Part shown: piece by piece, positions 25,736-38,861 of the stretch
Numbering within the stretch: position 1 is the stretch's first letter
Layout: the number at the start of each line of letters is the position of its first letter
Assembly: GCA_964016885.1 (NCBI GenBank)
Contig: OZ024744.1
Location: 62,620,001 to 62,684,000 of the forward strand
Reading direction: 5' to 3'
From: Eledone cirrhosa
Lineage: Eukaryota
Length of the DNA: 64,000 nucleotides
The notes under the pieces: model-generated
The model's input: only the letters and a program-made list of their open reading frames with translations
Databases searched by the model: none
Told to the model about the DNA's origin: nothing
Made by a program: the position numbers and the translations under genes

Positions 25736-26129
25736 TTGAGTTGATGTTTGGAACATAGCTTAACAAAAGTACTTATGTGAAATTATGATGAAAGGTTTTT
25801 GGATAAATATAAACAAACACCTTAGAAAAAACTGTTTTGTATCACAAAACCAGGGCCAGTTTCAGGCGATTTTTGTTCAAGATAGTTAAGTAAATTTTAG
25901 AAGGTTAACCATCAGCTGACTGGAACAATATGAAATTTAGCATCCTACTCAAACCAGAGATTGAACCAACACTCACAATCATATGACTAACATATTAACC
26001 CATTGGCCACATAGCTTCACACAAAGGAACTGACAACGGAATATTATCAATTCCTTAAACCATATTTTTCAGTGTTAAATGTGTGATGTGAAAATCTACT
26101 TGTGTTCCATGCAAGGTGTGAAAAAAAAA

Positions 26130-26330
26130 ATGATTTCTACTATAAGCACAAGGCCAGCAATTTGGGGAGAGGGGAAAGTTGATTAAATCGACCCCAGTGC
26201 ATTACTGGTGCTTTCTTTTATCAACCCCCGTAAGGATGAAAGGCAAAGCTAACCTCAGTGGGATTTGAACTTAGAAAGAGTAAAGGGCCATAACTCTATG
26301 CTGCAAAGCATGTTGACCGACACTCCAATT
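26130..26330 (-). mobile_element. tRNA-derived CORE-type SINE
   Basis: Same B box and core as 42557-42745, reverse strand. Confidence 0.75.
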
Positions 26331-26334
26331 ATTC

Positions 26335-27420
26335 TTTTTTGGCCACAAGGGCTTACATATAGGAGACGATGGGTGCTTACAAAAGAATAAAATAAAAAAA
26401 ATAAATAAATACAACAATAACAATAAACAATAAAATACAAACAACAGAATTCCCCAATAAGGGGGATAACCACACCAGGGTGACTCAGGTACTCCACCAA
26501 TCTTGAACCACTCAACGCTTAGAGAGCACCTGGGAAGGGTACCCCTCTCCTCAAATCAACCAGCTTTCAGGTGCATGCTCAGAGTAAGCTCATTCTCATG
26601 GGCCATTTTTGCTACATTCACTCAGCTTTTAGCAAATGTACTGGGGTGGGTAGGGGGGAAGAACTTCCCTCTCCACTCTCACCTTCCTTTCCAAGTGAAA
26701 CTTGAAAAAGTTGATGAGGGATTTACCGAGGAGAAAATATCTGTCTTCAGTCCTTTCAACTTGATCCACTACACAACTCTTTTGCTACAGCCACCAGATA
26801 GAGAAAAACTGCCTGCCCTTCCCTGTCAAAAGGAGGCAGTGGGACGATATTCAATATGTACTCAGTCGAAAGCCAAATCCATCCTACACATGATAACAGC
26901 TGTTCAACATAACTACAAAAGTTAGTAATACACAAAATATGGACGAATGTGTGCAGAACAGTTTCATCTCGAGCAGGTCTGTCTGGCAGCATTTCCATGC
27001 TTGTAGTGTTTATCTTGAACTAGCAGTGCCCCCGGTACACTGCCAAGCAAAGGATTTCTAGAAGTTATCCATAGTCTCCAGCTCAAAAGTCTTCTGGAAT
27101 AGACTGGTCAGGTTGATTTTGTTTGGCGCCCAGAGCCTTTCAGCCTCTCCAAAAGTGTCATCGCACTTATCTACCACTAATCCTTTATACAATTCAAGAG
27201 TAGAATTTCCATTGACCGCATTGCCCACCTGGTGGAGGGCGGTGAGCACCTGGCAACATTCCAGATGTCCGGTGCCCAGTCTCGATCTGTTCTTGACCCA
27301 GGATTGCAGCTCAGTCAAAGAGCTGAGTTGCGGAAAGGTCTTTCTCACAAATGGTGACCACACCTGTTCACCATTTAAGAATATCTGAACATCACGTAGC
27401 CTCAGCACATGTTTGCATAT
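26335..27420 (-). mobile_element. L1/Tx1-like LINE 3' fragment
   Basis: Frameshifted C-terminal zinc-knuckle region LAWQC..VQDKHYKHG..TCSR..ETVLHTFV, T-rich 3'UTR, short A tail. Confidence 0.55.
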
Positions 27421-28324
27421 CAATGTGATGTGCAATGTGACTGGATCCAGAACCATATGGTTATAAAGTAAATTCCTTAACCACACAAACCATGCCTTTT
27501 TTTAGCTCTTTTGTGACCATATTTCTAAAAAAATACACTCTATTTCAATTAAATAATTCAGAATTTTGAGGGATTTATTAAAATCATCATTTATTTCAAT
27601 GCTAACTTAACAAATGGTTCTTATATAAAATTATTTGGAAGATTTTATTATAAGTAGGAACCCTTTAAAATGGGTGGTTTTGTTTCTAAGAAGCAGATCC
27701 AATTTTAGCCAGGTTGGTATCAAAAGGATTAAATCAGTAAATAGAAGAATACATTCCACCATTACACAGAATTCCAACTCTAATCTTATGTTAACTTTCT
27801 TTTCTTCTAAACAAAACATCTGCCACAAATATCTTATTTAACATTTACAGGGTGCCTGATAAACACTTCCTTAGCAGTTTTCTAGGAATAGCTTTGTTGC
27901 CAGGCTACACTGACTGAAGAGCAACAGCCTGACAGCTAATGCAAATATTTCAGTTTGTGAGAACATATTTAACCTTTTCATTATTATATTTCTATTGAAA
28001 AACAGTGTCTATGGTTTTCAAATAATTTTGAAAATAATAAAGAATTTGGAAGTATTTAATAATATAACTAAGTCTCTCATTATAACTATTTAATAGAAAA
28101 AGAAAAAAAATAGATTGAGAAGAAAGAATAGAATATAAAATAAGAAAATATTTTTAAAAAACGGAAAAGTGTCACAGAAGAGTGTAGAGGGGGGGGGAGA
28201 CTCTGGGCCTAGGGCACAGCGGTAATGTGGCTATGCCCTGTGGACAAGACCACAAAAGAATTCCCACAGACAATGGCCATCGACACCCACAGCAACAGCC
28301 ACCACAGCGGCTCCTTCCTGAGAT

Positions 28325-29300
28325 GTGTTACCAACATGAACATTTTACAGGGTAGACTGGGTACTTCTCGTTATGTCACCAGCATGACCACTTACATGGG
28401 AGACTAGGTGCTTTTTGTTGTGTCACCAACACAATCACTTTGCAGGATGGACTGGGTGCTTTTTGTTGTGCCACTAACATGACCCCTTTACAAGGTGGAT
28501 TGGGTACTTTTTGTCATGGTGTCAAAACGATCACTTTACAGGAAGGACAGTATGCTTTTTGTCGAGTTACCAACACAACCACTTTATAGGGTGGACTGGG
28601 TACTTTTTGTCATGTCACCAATACAACTACCTTACAAGGTGGACTGGGTGCTTATTTGTCATGTCACCAGGATGAGCACCTTACATGATGCACTAGGGAC
28701 GTTTGTGTCACCAGCATGACCACTTTACAGGGTAGACTAGGAGCTTTTGGCCATTTCAGTAGCATGTTGGTGTGTCCAGTGTTCCATGCTTGTATGCATA
28801 GGTTGGAGAAAAGAGATGTATAAAATGTGGTGCAATGGATATAGGAGAGGTAAGTCTGAGGTGTAGTACTTAGCTGGTAAAGGGTGGCGTGTTAAGACTT
28901 GGGAGAACCGGAGAGAGAAGTGATGCATACTAGTGAAGTCTAGATGTTTGCTTCATCCAATGCACATGAGAAGGCAAGTCTTCTGCAATACTGCATAATG
29001 CCAGAGATCTCAATCCTTTGAAATTTAGTGAGAGGTCCATGTTTATGACTTCATCCCAAGCTTTCCTAGCTCTTCCTCTTCCATAGTTACCTACAACTTC
29101 AAGCACCCTGCACCCTTTAATACAGTTGTCATCCTCCATACACATTACATGTCCATACCACCGCAAAATCTTCTCCTGTACACTGCATCTGATCCCTTTT
29201 ATGCACAGTTTCTCTCTCAATTCATTTACACTCTGCCACCCATGTATATTAATTATTACTACACATCCATCGGATCATGCAAGTTTAATTTCTTTCACTT
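28325..29300 (-). mobile_element. Old RTE 3' fragment with diverged 3'UTR tandem units
   Basis: ORF 28930-29220 (LRWYGHVMCMED..GRGRARKAWDEV); about 9 diverged units of about 45 bp at 28325-28750. Confidence 0.75.
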
Positions 29301-29835
29301 GGAAGGTGATAATAAACGTTATATATTTAGGCTCATCTAGAAAAATAATTTCAGAGTTGTACTTGTGTACTTGCCTGGCAAATGATGAAATTTTTGACAC
29401 TAATAAATAAATAAAAGATAAATGTAAAGTGAAATTAACAATTTTTAAGTGAAGTTAACATGTTTTTCCTATTGCTAAAAAAATCTCTTCCATGCAGAAA
29501 TTGCTAGAAAAATATTTAATCTTCTCATTTTCATATTTCTAATGAATAACACTGCCTATGATTTTCAAATAATTTCAAAAAAAATTCAAGAATTTGAAGG
29601 GATTTAGTAATACGATTCAACTTTCTCATTATTAAGTTCGTATTTGGAGCCTAACTTAAAGATTCTTACATAAAATTAAACTGAAAGGTTTTTAAATAAA
29701 TATAATCACTTTAAATTGAACAGTTTCGTATCATATAACCAGAGACAGTCTCACTAATCCAGGATCAGGGTATATAAGAGAAGAAGGGGAGGGGGCGTTC
29801 GCCAGTCCAAAGTCAAGAAAGTCAAGAATGGAGAG

Positions 29836-32395
29836 TGTAGCTCTCTCTAGACACGGAAGTAGCTAGACTTACTTCCCGTCGAAAGTCTAGAACCTTCTTT
29901 GCAACTTCAGGAAAGAGGATATAAATAGCGCCAACGCAATCAAGCTCTCTCTCTTTTGGCGCCTTCATTTGAACTGACAATACTGAAGACAAGCATGTTA
30001 ACTTTTCTCTAACCACCTATCATGGATCTGGACTATACCTAATTATGTACGAGAATATTTGTTTACAACAATTATAACATGAAGCTACAATAAAAATGAA
30101 GACTTATATTCGATACCCGTTCCGAAAAACTGCTTACGTTTTATCATTACCTTTGTAATGGGAATTAACTCTCATTCGACATGGTGTTATGTAAAAATAT
30201 CTTGCCGTGAAGCACTTCCACCACCTTTTCACGATATTCACGGACCACAAACCGTTAACGTTCGCTTTACAATCCAAGTCCGACAAGTACTCTCCGAGAG
30301 AGTATAGGCATCTGGATCTCATCTGACAGTATACCAATGACATTCGTCACATAGCTGGAACTTCCAACATACCTGCGGACATACTATCTCGACTTTCTGT
30401 GTGTTCTCTTGCGTCTCCTGCACATATCGATTTAGTTGCCATCGCAACTGACCAACCTACTTTGGATTCGCTGGACATTTCCTTTGACCAGTTCTCCTGC
30501 TGCAAATTGGAATATTTACCTCTTCCATCTTCTGAAGGGAAAATTCTCTGCGATGTTTCTACTGGCTCACCCAGACCACTTGTTCCAGATTGTCATCAAC
30601 GTACCGTTTTTTATGCACTTCATTCCTTGTCACATCCTAGCATAGCTGCCACGGTGAAGCTTATTACGGCTCGATTCTTCTGGTCTAATATGCGTTGTTT
30701 AATCACCGGTTGGGGACGTTCTTGTTTGAAGTGTCAGCGCTCTAAGATTCATCGGCATGTCCACACTCCTCTTGGAAAATTCAGCCCGCCAGACGCACGT
30801 TTCTGTCATATACACATGGATATTGTTGGTCCATGGCCCGTTAGTCGTGGATTCACATACATATTGACTTGTATCGATCGTTTCTCTCGGTGGACTGAAG
30901 CCATACCCCTCATGGACATAACAGCCGAGTCCGTTGCTCGAGCTTTCATTTCCAATTGGATTGCTCGTTTCGGTGTTCCTACTAAAATAGCTACGGATCG
31001 TGGACGCCAATTTGAGGCTTCCTTATTTTGTGAAATATGACTCTTGGGTGCTCATCACATTCATACGACCAGTTATCATCCAGCCTCCAATGGAATGGTC
31101 GAGAGGTTTCATAGACAGTTGAAAGCTGCACGTCGCGCTACTCCTGATCCACAACGTTGGACTGAATTTTTGCCTATCGTGCTTCTTGGTTGTCGTGCTG
31201 CCATTAAGATAGATTTAGGTTTTTCTTCTGCTGAACTTCTTTATGGTACCACATTGTCTCTTCCTGGACAAATGTTAGCACCAGTGGATTCATCACATCT
31301 TGACCCAGCATCATATGTCACTAGGATTCGTTCGTATTTCTCGGATCTTCCACCGATGAACCCTTGTGACCAATCTATTTCTTCTACTGTCCCATCGGAC
31401 ATCTCTACGTTGACACACATTTTCATACGGAATGATTCCGTCAAGTGACCTCTTGCGTCACCTTATAATGGACCTTTTTGTGTGCTTTCGCACACACCAA
31501 AACATTTCACAGTGGCTGTCAATGGCCGAAAAGAGACAATATCCATTGACAGAGCAAAAAAGGCTTTCTCCGAAAGTCTCATCAAACTGCCTGATACACC
31601 TCGTAGATACACTCCTACACCAACACTTTCACCTCCACCGCAAACACCACATGCCACATAACCTTATGTCACACGAGGTGGCAGGACGGTAAAATGGCCA
31701 CGAAAACTAAAAAACAATGGCATTAACATACCTCTTCTTTTTCAGTTTTCAGATAGAACTAGTGTCAGAAAAGTCTGTACACTAGTGATGTATGAACTAT
31801 TTGACTTTGAAAAACATTGATTTTACCATTGAGCATCAATATTCTCTGCTCCTTTGTATGACTATGATTTATCATTCGTTACATTCAAACATTCTTTGTA
31901 AAAATGCATTACTTGTTGTATGCTCATTTTGCTATTTGTTTGCTCATGTTTTATTCATTCATGTTCTTGTACCTTTTGTTTCGCTCCTCATATTCTCGCT
32001 ACAATGATTTCATTTTGGTCATTCGACTTCTCGTCTGAGAGGCGAGTCTTGTAGCGCTCTCTAGACAGGGAAGTAGCTAGACTTACTTCCTGTCGAAAGT
32101 CTAGAACCCTCTTTGCAACTTCCGGAAAGAGGATATAAATAGCGGCAACGCAATCAAGCTCTCTCTCTTTTGGCGCCTTCCTTCAAACTGACAACACTGA
32201 AGACAAACATGTTTACTTTTCTCTAACCACCTATCATGGATCTGGACTAGACCTAATTATGTACAAGAATATTTGTTTACAACAGTTATAACATGAAGCT
32301 ACAATAAAAATGAAGACTTATATTCGATACCCGTTCCGAGAAACTGTTTACGTTTTATCATTACCTTTGTAATGGGAATTAACTCTCATTCGACA
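29836..32395 (+). mobile_element. Internally deleted Ty3/Gypsy LTR retrotransposon (LTR - RNase H end/integrase - LTR)
   Basis: 346-bp TG..CA LTRs at 29836-30181 and 32050-32395; FTIFTDHKPL, integrase HHCC and HMDIVGP..TDRG..NGMVERFH; purine tract before the right LTR. Confidence 0.93.
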
Positions 32396-32704
32396 TGGTG
32401 TTATGTAAAAATATCTTATCCTTTTCTTTATAACCCTGACTGTGTGACTAATGGTGATTGTGATAGTGGTGTTCTAGCTGATTGAATAATACATAGATAA
32501 AAAGGAAATTGACATGAATGAGAAGATATTTGTTAACTAGGTTGAACAGTTGGATCGTTTAATAAAAATTAATTCAGTACAGAATTATTTATATTTATTA
32601 TTCATTTCATCAAGCCAGAGCTTATGTTGTAATGGAATGTTTGTTAGTTAAAGGTTAACTGTACCAAGCTCAGAGGTTCATCAGGTCAGAGCTTATCCTG
32701 TCTA

Positions 32705-33020
32705 GTATGGTACAGTATATCTAATATATATATTAAATAGTATATTTAGTATATACAATATATAGTATACCTAAGATATATACTAAATAGTATATCTAGT
32801 ATATACAATATTTAGTATATATAATATATAGTATATATGATATATAGTATATCTACTGTATATGATATATAGTATATCTAATATATATACTAAATAGTAT
32901 ATATAATATCTAGTATATGTACTAAATAGTATATCTAGTGTATATAATATGCAGTATATCTAGTGTATATAATATGTAGTATATCTAGTGTATATAATAT
33001 ATAGTATATCTAGTATATAT
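32705..33020. repeat. Low-complexity (TATATCTAG)-type satellite, left part
   Basis: Seen directly; continues at 36263-36992 and 38862-40056. Confidence 0.85.
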
Positions 33021-33122
33021 AATTGTTTCTACTATTGGCATAAGGCCATCAATTATCCCTGGTACTGTATTTTATCGACCCCAGAAGGATAAAAGGCAAA
33101 GTTAACCTCGGAGGGATTTGAA
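33021..33122 (-). mobile_element. CORE-type SINE 3' part
   Basis: Same core and tail as 42557-42745. Confidence 0.75.
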
Positions 33123-33195
33123 TATATATATATTAGTAGCTAAATTACCTGCGTTTCACACATTTTTTCTGTAAGAAAATGATGATTGATTTTAA

Positions 33196-33396
33196 CCCTT
33201 TAGCATTCACATTACTTTATATATACTATTGTATTTTCGTGGTTAGGCTTTATTTTACATAATTATCTCACATATCGAATCTATGAGATTTGTTATTATT
33301 TATTTTGAGAACAATACCTTAACATAAGTATGAGTGGCCAGTTTGAAAGAGGCGAGAGAATTTTGGCCGGATATGGCCGGTTTAAATGCTAAAGAG
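33196..33396. mobile_element. piggyBac-type MITE nested in the Helitron
   Basis: TTAA TSD; TIRs CCCTTTAGCATT / AATGCTAAAGAG; second copy at 42126-42345. Confidence 0.85.
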
Positions 33397-33479
33397 TTAA
33401 ATCAAACTCTGTTGTCTTTCTTCTTGCAACTCTATGGCGAAATCTATCTTGCGCCTGTCTTTCTTGATGCTCACCAAAG

Positions 33480-35770
33480 GTTTCATTTTGCCGAGATTCT
33501 GTTTGCCTCTGTCTTTGCCTAGAAAGTCGTTCTTCCCTTGTATAACTACTTTCATTTTGCCGAGATTCTGTTTGCCTCTGTCTTTGCCTAGAAAGTCGTT
33601 CTTCCCTTGTATAACTACTTTCGTTTTGCCGAGATTCTGTTTGTCTCTGTCTTTGCCTAGAAAGTCGTTCTTCCCTTGTATAACTACTTTCATTTTGCCG
33701 AGACTCTGTTTGCCTCTGTCTTTGCCTAGAAAGTCGTTCTTCCCTTGTATAACTACTTTCATTTTGTCGAGACTCTGTTTGCCTCTGTCTTTGCCTAGAA
33801 AGTCGTTCTTCCCTTGTATAACTACTTTCATTTTGCCGAGATTCTGTTTGTCTCTGTCTTTGCCTAGAAAGTCGTTCTTCCCTTGTATAACTACTTTCAT
33901 TTTACCGAGACTCTGTTTGTCTCTGTCTTTGCCTAGAAAGTCGTTCTTCCCTTGTATAACTACTTTCATTTTGTCGAGACTCTGTCTTTGCCTAGAAAGT
34001 CGTTCTTCCCTTGTATAACTACTTTCATTTTGTCGAGACTCTGTTTGCCTCTGTCTATGCCTAGAAAGTCGTTCTTCCCTTGTATAACTACTTTCATTTT
34101 GTCGAGACTCTGTCTTTGCCTAGAAAGTCGTTCTTCCCTTGAATAACTACTTTCATTTTGCCGAGACTCTGTTTGCCTCTGTCTTTGCCTAGAAAGTCGT
34201 TCTTCCCTTGTATAACTACTTTCATTTTGTCGAGACTCTGTTTGCCTCTGTCTTTGTCTAGAAAGTCGTTCTTCCCTTGTATAACTACTTTCATTTTGCC
34301 GAGACTCTGTTTGCCTCTGTCTTTGCCTAGAAAGTCGTTCTTCCCTTGTATAACTACTTTCATTTTGTCGAGACTCTGTCTTTGCCTAGAAAGTCGTTCT
34401 TCCCTTGAATAACTACTTTCATTTTGCCGAGACTCTGTTTGCCTCTGTCTTTGCCTAGAAAGTCGTTCTTCCCTTGTATAACTACTTTCATTTTGTCGAG
34501 ACTCTGTTTGCCTCTGTCTTTGTCTAGAAAGTCGTTCTTCCCTTGTATAACTACTTTCATTTTGCCGAGACTCTGTTTGCCTCTGTCTTTGCCTAGAAAG
34601 TCGTTCTTCCCTTGAATAACTACTTTCATTTTGCCGAGACTCTGTTTGCCTCTGTCTTTGCCTAGAAAGTCGTTCTTCCCTTGTATAACTACTTTCATTT
34701 TGCCGAGACTCTGTTTGCCTCTGTCTTTGTCTAGAAAGTCGTTCTTCCCTTGTATAACTACTTTCATTTTGCCGAGATTCTGTTTGTCTCTGTCTTTGCC
34801 TAGAAAGTCGTTCTTCCCTTGAATAACTACTTTCATTTTGCCGAGACTCTGTTTGCCTCTGTCTTTGCCTAGAAAGTCGTTCTTCCCTTGTATAACTACT
34901 TTCATTTTGTCGAGACTCTGTTTGCCTCTGTCTTTGTCTAGAAAGTCGTTCTTCCCTTGTATAACTACTTTCATTTTGTCGAGACTCTGTTTGCCTCTGT
35001 CTTTGCCTAGAAAGTCGTTCTTCCCTTGTATAACTACTTTCATTTTGTCGAGACTCTGTTTGCCTCTGTCTTTGCCTAGAAAGTCGTTCTTCCCTTGAAT
35101 AACTACTTTCATTTTGTCGAGACTCTGTTTGCCTCTGTCTTTGCCTAGAAAGTCGTTCTTCCCTTGTATAACTACTTTCATTTTGTCGAGACTCTGTCTT
35201 TGCCTAGAAAGTCGTTCTTCCCTTGTATAACTACTTTCATTTTGTCGAGACTCTGTTTGCCTCTGTCTTTGCCTAGAAAGTCGTTCTTCCCTTGTATAAC
35301 TACTTTCATTTTACCGAGACTCTGTTTGTCTCTGTCTTTGCCTAGAAAGTCGTTCTTCCCTTGTATAACTACTTTCATTTTACCGAGACTCTGTTTGTCT
35401 CTGTCTTTGCCTAGAAAGTCGTTCTTCCCTTGTATAACTACTTTCATTTTACCGAGACTCTGTTTGTCTCTGTCTTTGCCTAGAAAGTCGTTCTTCCCTT
35501 GAATAACTACTTTCATTTTGTCGAGACTCTGTTTGCCTCTGTCTTTGCCTAGAAAGTCGTTCTTCCCTTGTATAACTACTTTCATTTTGTCGAGACTCTG
35601 TTTGCCTCTGTCTTTGTCTAGAAAGTCGTTCTTCCCTTGTATAACTACTTTCATTTTGTCAAGACTCTGTCTTTGTCTAGAAAGTCGTTCTTCCTTTGTA
35701 TAACTACTTTCATTTTGTCGGGACTCTGTTTGCCTCTGTCTTTGCCTAGAAAGTCGTTCTTCCCTTGCAT
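33480..35770 (-). repeat. 69-bp tandem repeat (about 34 units, five 59-bp variants) encoding ESSYTREERLSRQRQRQTESRQN
   Basis: Unit translated in the frame of the ATG at 35852; 10-nt deletions shift the frame. Confidence 0.95.
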
Positions 35771-36262
35771 CACAGCTTTCAGATTGACGATGAAGCCTCA
35801 TCCTTTTTGCATGTGGATTATTTGCATAACTGGATTTTCTTTTCTGTGGCATAAGGGATGTCTAAATTAGCCAAATTTTACTATAAAAGAGAGGTGCTAT
35901 TTTTGTTGATTTACGTTTAATTGATTAAAAAAACTCCATGATAATAGAGGTTTCCAAAATTTTCACTGTAGGGGGTTTAACCCCCATTAGAGTGTCTTAA
36001 TATTATTGGAATTTTGTGAATAGGCATCATATCTTGTCATTTACCTATGGTTTAAAATTCATATAAAGCGAAGGTAAAACATTTTCAGCAGGGGCATGTG
36101 CCCCTGGGGAACCCTTAGATTAAAATGAAATATACTTATCCACGAACCCTGGGCAATGTAGTTTCAGAATATATATGGTTATAGGGATCTATCTCCAAAA
36201 CCATAGGAGTTTGAGAAACAAACAAACAAACTTGACAGGAACTACAACTTTATATATATAGG

Positions 36263-36992
36263 TATATCTAGTATATGGTATATCTAGTATATATAATATA
36301 TGGCATATCTACTATATGTAATGTATGGTATATCTAGTATATAGTATATCTAGTAAATGTAATATATGGTATATCTAGTATATAGTATATCTAGTAAATG
36401 GTATATCTAGTATATGTAATATATGGTATATCTAGTATATGGTATATCTAGTAAATGTAATGTATGGTATATCTAGTATATAGTATATCTAGTAAATGTA
36501 ATATATGGTATATCTAGTATATATAATATATGGTATATCTAGTAAATGTAATATATGGTATATCTAGTATATATAATATATGGTATATCTAGTAAATGTA
36601 ATGTATGGTATATCTAGTATATAGTATATCTAGTAAATGTAATATATGGTATATCTAGTATATATAATATATGGTATATCTAGTATATATAATATATGGT
36701 ATATCTAGTAAATGTAATGTATGGTATATCTAGTATATAGTATATCTAGTAAATGTAATATATGGTATATCTAGTATATATAATATATGGTATATCTAGT
36801 AAATGTAATATATGGTATATCTAGTATATGGTATATATAGTAAATGTAATATATGGTATATCTAGTATATGGTATATCTAGTCAATGGTATATCTAGTAT
36901 ATGGTATATCTAGTATATATAATATATGGTATATCTAGTATATAGTATATCTAGTATATGGTATATCTAGTAAATGTAATATATGGTATATC
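36263..36992. repeat. (TATATGG/TATATCTAG/TAAATGTAA) compound satellite
   Basis: Seen directly. Confidence 0.95.
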
Positions 36993-38861
36993 TATCATCA
37001 TCATCAGGTTTAGCGTCCGTGTTCCACGCTTGCATGGGTTTGGACGGGGGTTTTCCCACTTGAGGCAAGAGTGGTTGTCTTGCTCGCATAGGACTGTCTG
37101 GCGGGTTTTCTACAGCTGGATGCCCTTCCTAACACCAACCACATTTACAGTGTGGGGCTGGGAGGTTTTTACCGTGTTGCCTACACGGCCACATTACAGC
37201 GTGGACTGTCTGGCGGGTTTTCTACAGCTGGATGCCCTTCCTAACACCAACCACATTTACAGTGTGGGGCTGGGAGGTTTTTACCGTGTTGCCTACACGG
37301 CCACATTTACAGCGTGGACTGTGTGTTTTTTTGTCGTGACACCTACACGATCTCATTTATTTCGGCCTGGATGTTGTGGGACCAACATAACTTTACATTG
37401 AAAGGGGCGGTGTGGATGGGGTGGAGGTGGTGGGACGGGGGTGTGTTTTGATAGAGATGCCTACTGACTGTAGTAGGTTTTTACTTTGTATTTAGGTAAG
37501 GCGGGTCTTCTCTATTACTGAGTACCGCCAAAGGTCTCGGTCCAGTGACATTGTCTTGGAGAGGTGTGAGGTCGGAATTTATCATGTCGTCCCAGGTTTT
37601 TCTGGGTCTGCCTACTCCGTGGCTACCGTCTATCTTTATTGCCCTGCACTTTGTTATACAGCTGTCGTCTTTCATGCGCATCACGTGACCGTACCAACGT
37701 AGCCTTCTCTCGAGTAAACAACATCTGATCCCTCTTATTTCTAATTTTTTTCCTTAGTTCGTTTATGCTTTGCCGTTCACGTATATTACTATTGCACATC
37801 CAGCGGAGCATGCAAGCTTCGTTCCTCTCTAGTCTGCGTATATCCTCTGCACACAATGCCCAGGTCTCACTGCCATGCAGCATTGCTGTTCGTATGCAGG
37901 CATCGTATAACCTGCCTTTCATTTTTAGGGAGAACCCTCTAGCGGCTAATAGTGGTATAAGCTCTCTGAACTTTTTCCATCCAGTTCTGACTCTAGCTAC
38001 TGTACTTTCAGAGCACCCTCCCCCACTGCTGATTTTGTCACCCAGGTAACGGAAGCTGTCCACTATTTCTATAGAACCCTCTGCGCAGTTGAAGGAGCTA
38101 GTATTTTGTGGGCACTTGCTGCTACTTATTGCACCAGAGCACCGGCCACATGTAAAATCTATGTTCTTAGTTAGCTTACCTGTGATCCCACTACATCTTT
38201 TATGCACCCATACTTTGCATTTGGGACATAAAATGGAGTTTCTACCTACGCCTTTCCTACACACTGAGCATGGCCATTTCCCAGAAGGGACCGCCGCCTT
38301 ATTTTCTTTCCTACAAACTAGAACTTTAGTCTTAGCCAGGTTAATTTTAAGGCCTTTTGATTCTAGGCCGTGCTTCCATGTTTGGAATTTCTTCTCTAGT
38401 TCGGTCATTGATTCAGCTATGAGCGTTAGATCATCTGCGTATAGGAGTTCCCATGGGCAGCCGGTCTTGAACTCCTCTGTTATAGCCTGAAGGGCAATAA
38501 TAAATAGTAGGGGGCTAAGAACAGAGCCCTGATGGACACCAACTTTTACGCTAAACTCTTCACTATATTCGTTGTTAATTCTAACCTTACTGACTGTTTC
38601 TTTATACATGGCTTGTATAGCTCTCACAAGCCATTCGTCAACACCTAGTTTTCTAAGAGACCACCAGATAATGGAACGGGGGACTCTGTCGAAGGCTTTC
38701 TCCAAGTCGACGAAAGCTAAGTATAGGGGTTTACTTTTAGCTAGGTACTTCTCCTGTAGTTGTCGTACAATGAAAAGAGCGTCTGTGGTACTTTTGCCTG
38801 ACACAAACCCGAACTGCATTTCATCTAGATCAATTCTCTCTCTGATTAGTTGCGCTATTAC
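36993..38861 (-). mobile_element. RTE-clade LINE, 5'-truncated, relatively intact
   Basis: 398-aa RT ORF 37623-38819 with YADD; 112-bp duplication in the 3'UTR; inserted in the satellite. Confidence 0.95.

Larger units (their letters stand above)
33136..36262 (-). mobile_element. Non-autonomous Helitron carrying an expanded 69-bp coding repeat
   Basis: 5' end CCTATATATATAAAG..(GTTT)n; 3' end GTGTGAAACGCAGG..AGCTAC|T (variant CTRR); ATG at 35852 followed by ES..REERL 23-aa repeats resembling RepHel N-termini. Confidence 0.65.

Noticed and set aside
33397-35181. MKVVIQGKNDF and FILPRLCLPLS repeat ORFs as real proteins
   Set aside because: Shifted and antisense frames of the 69-bp STPR-like repeat.
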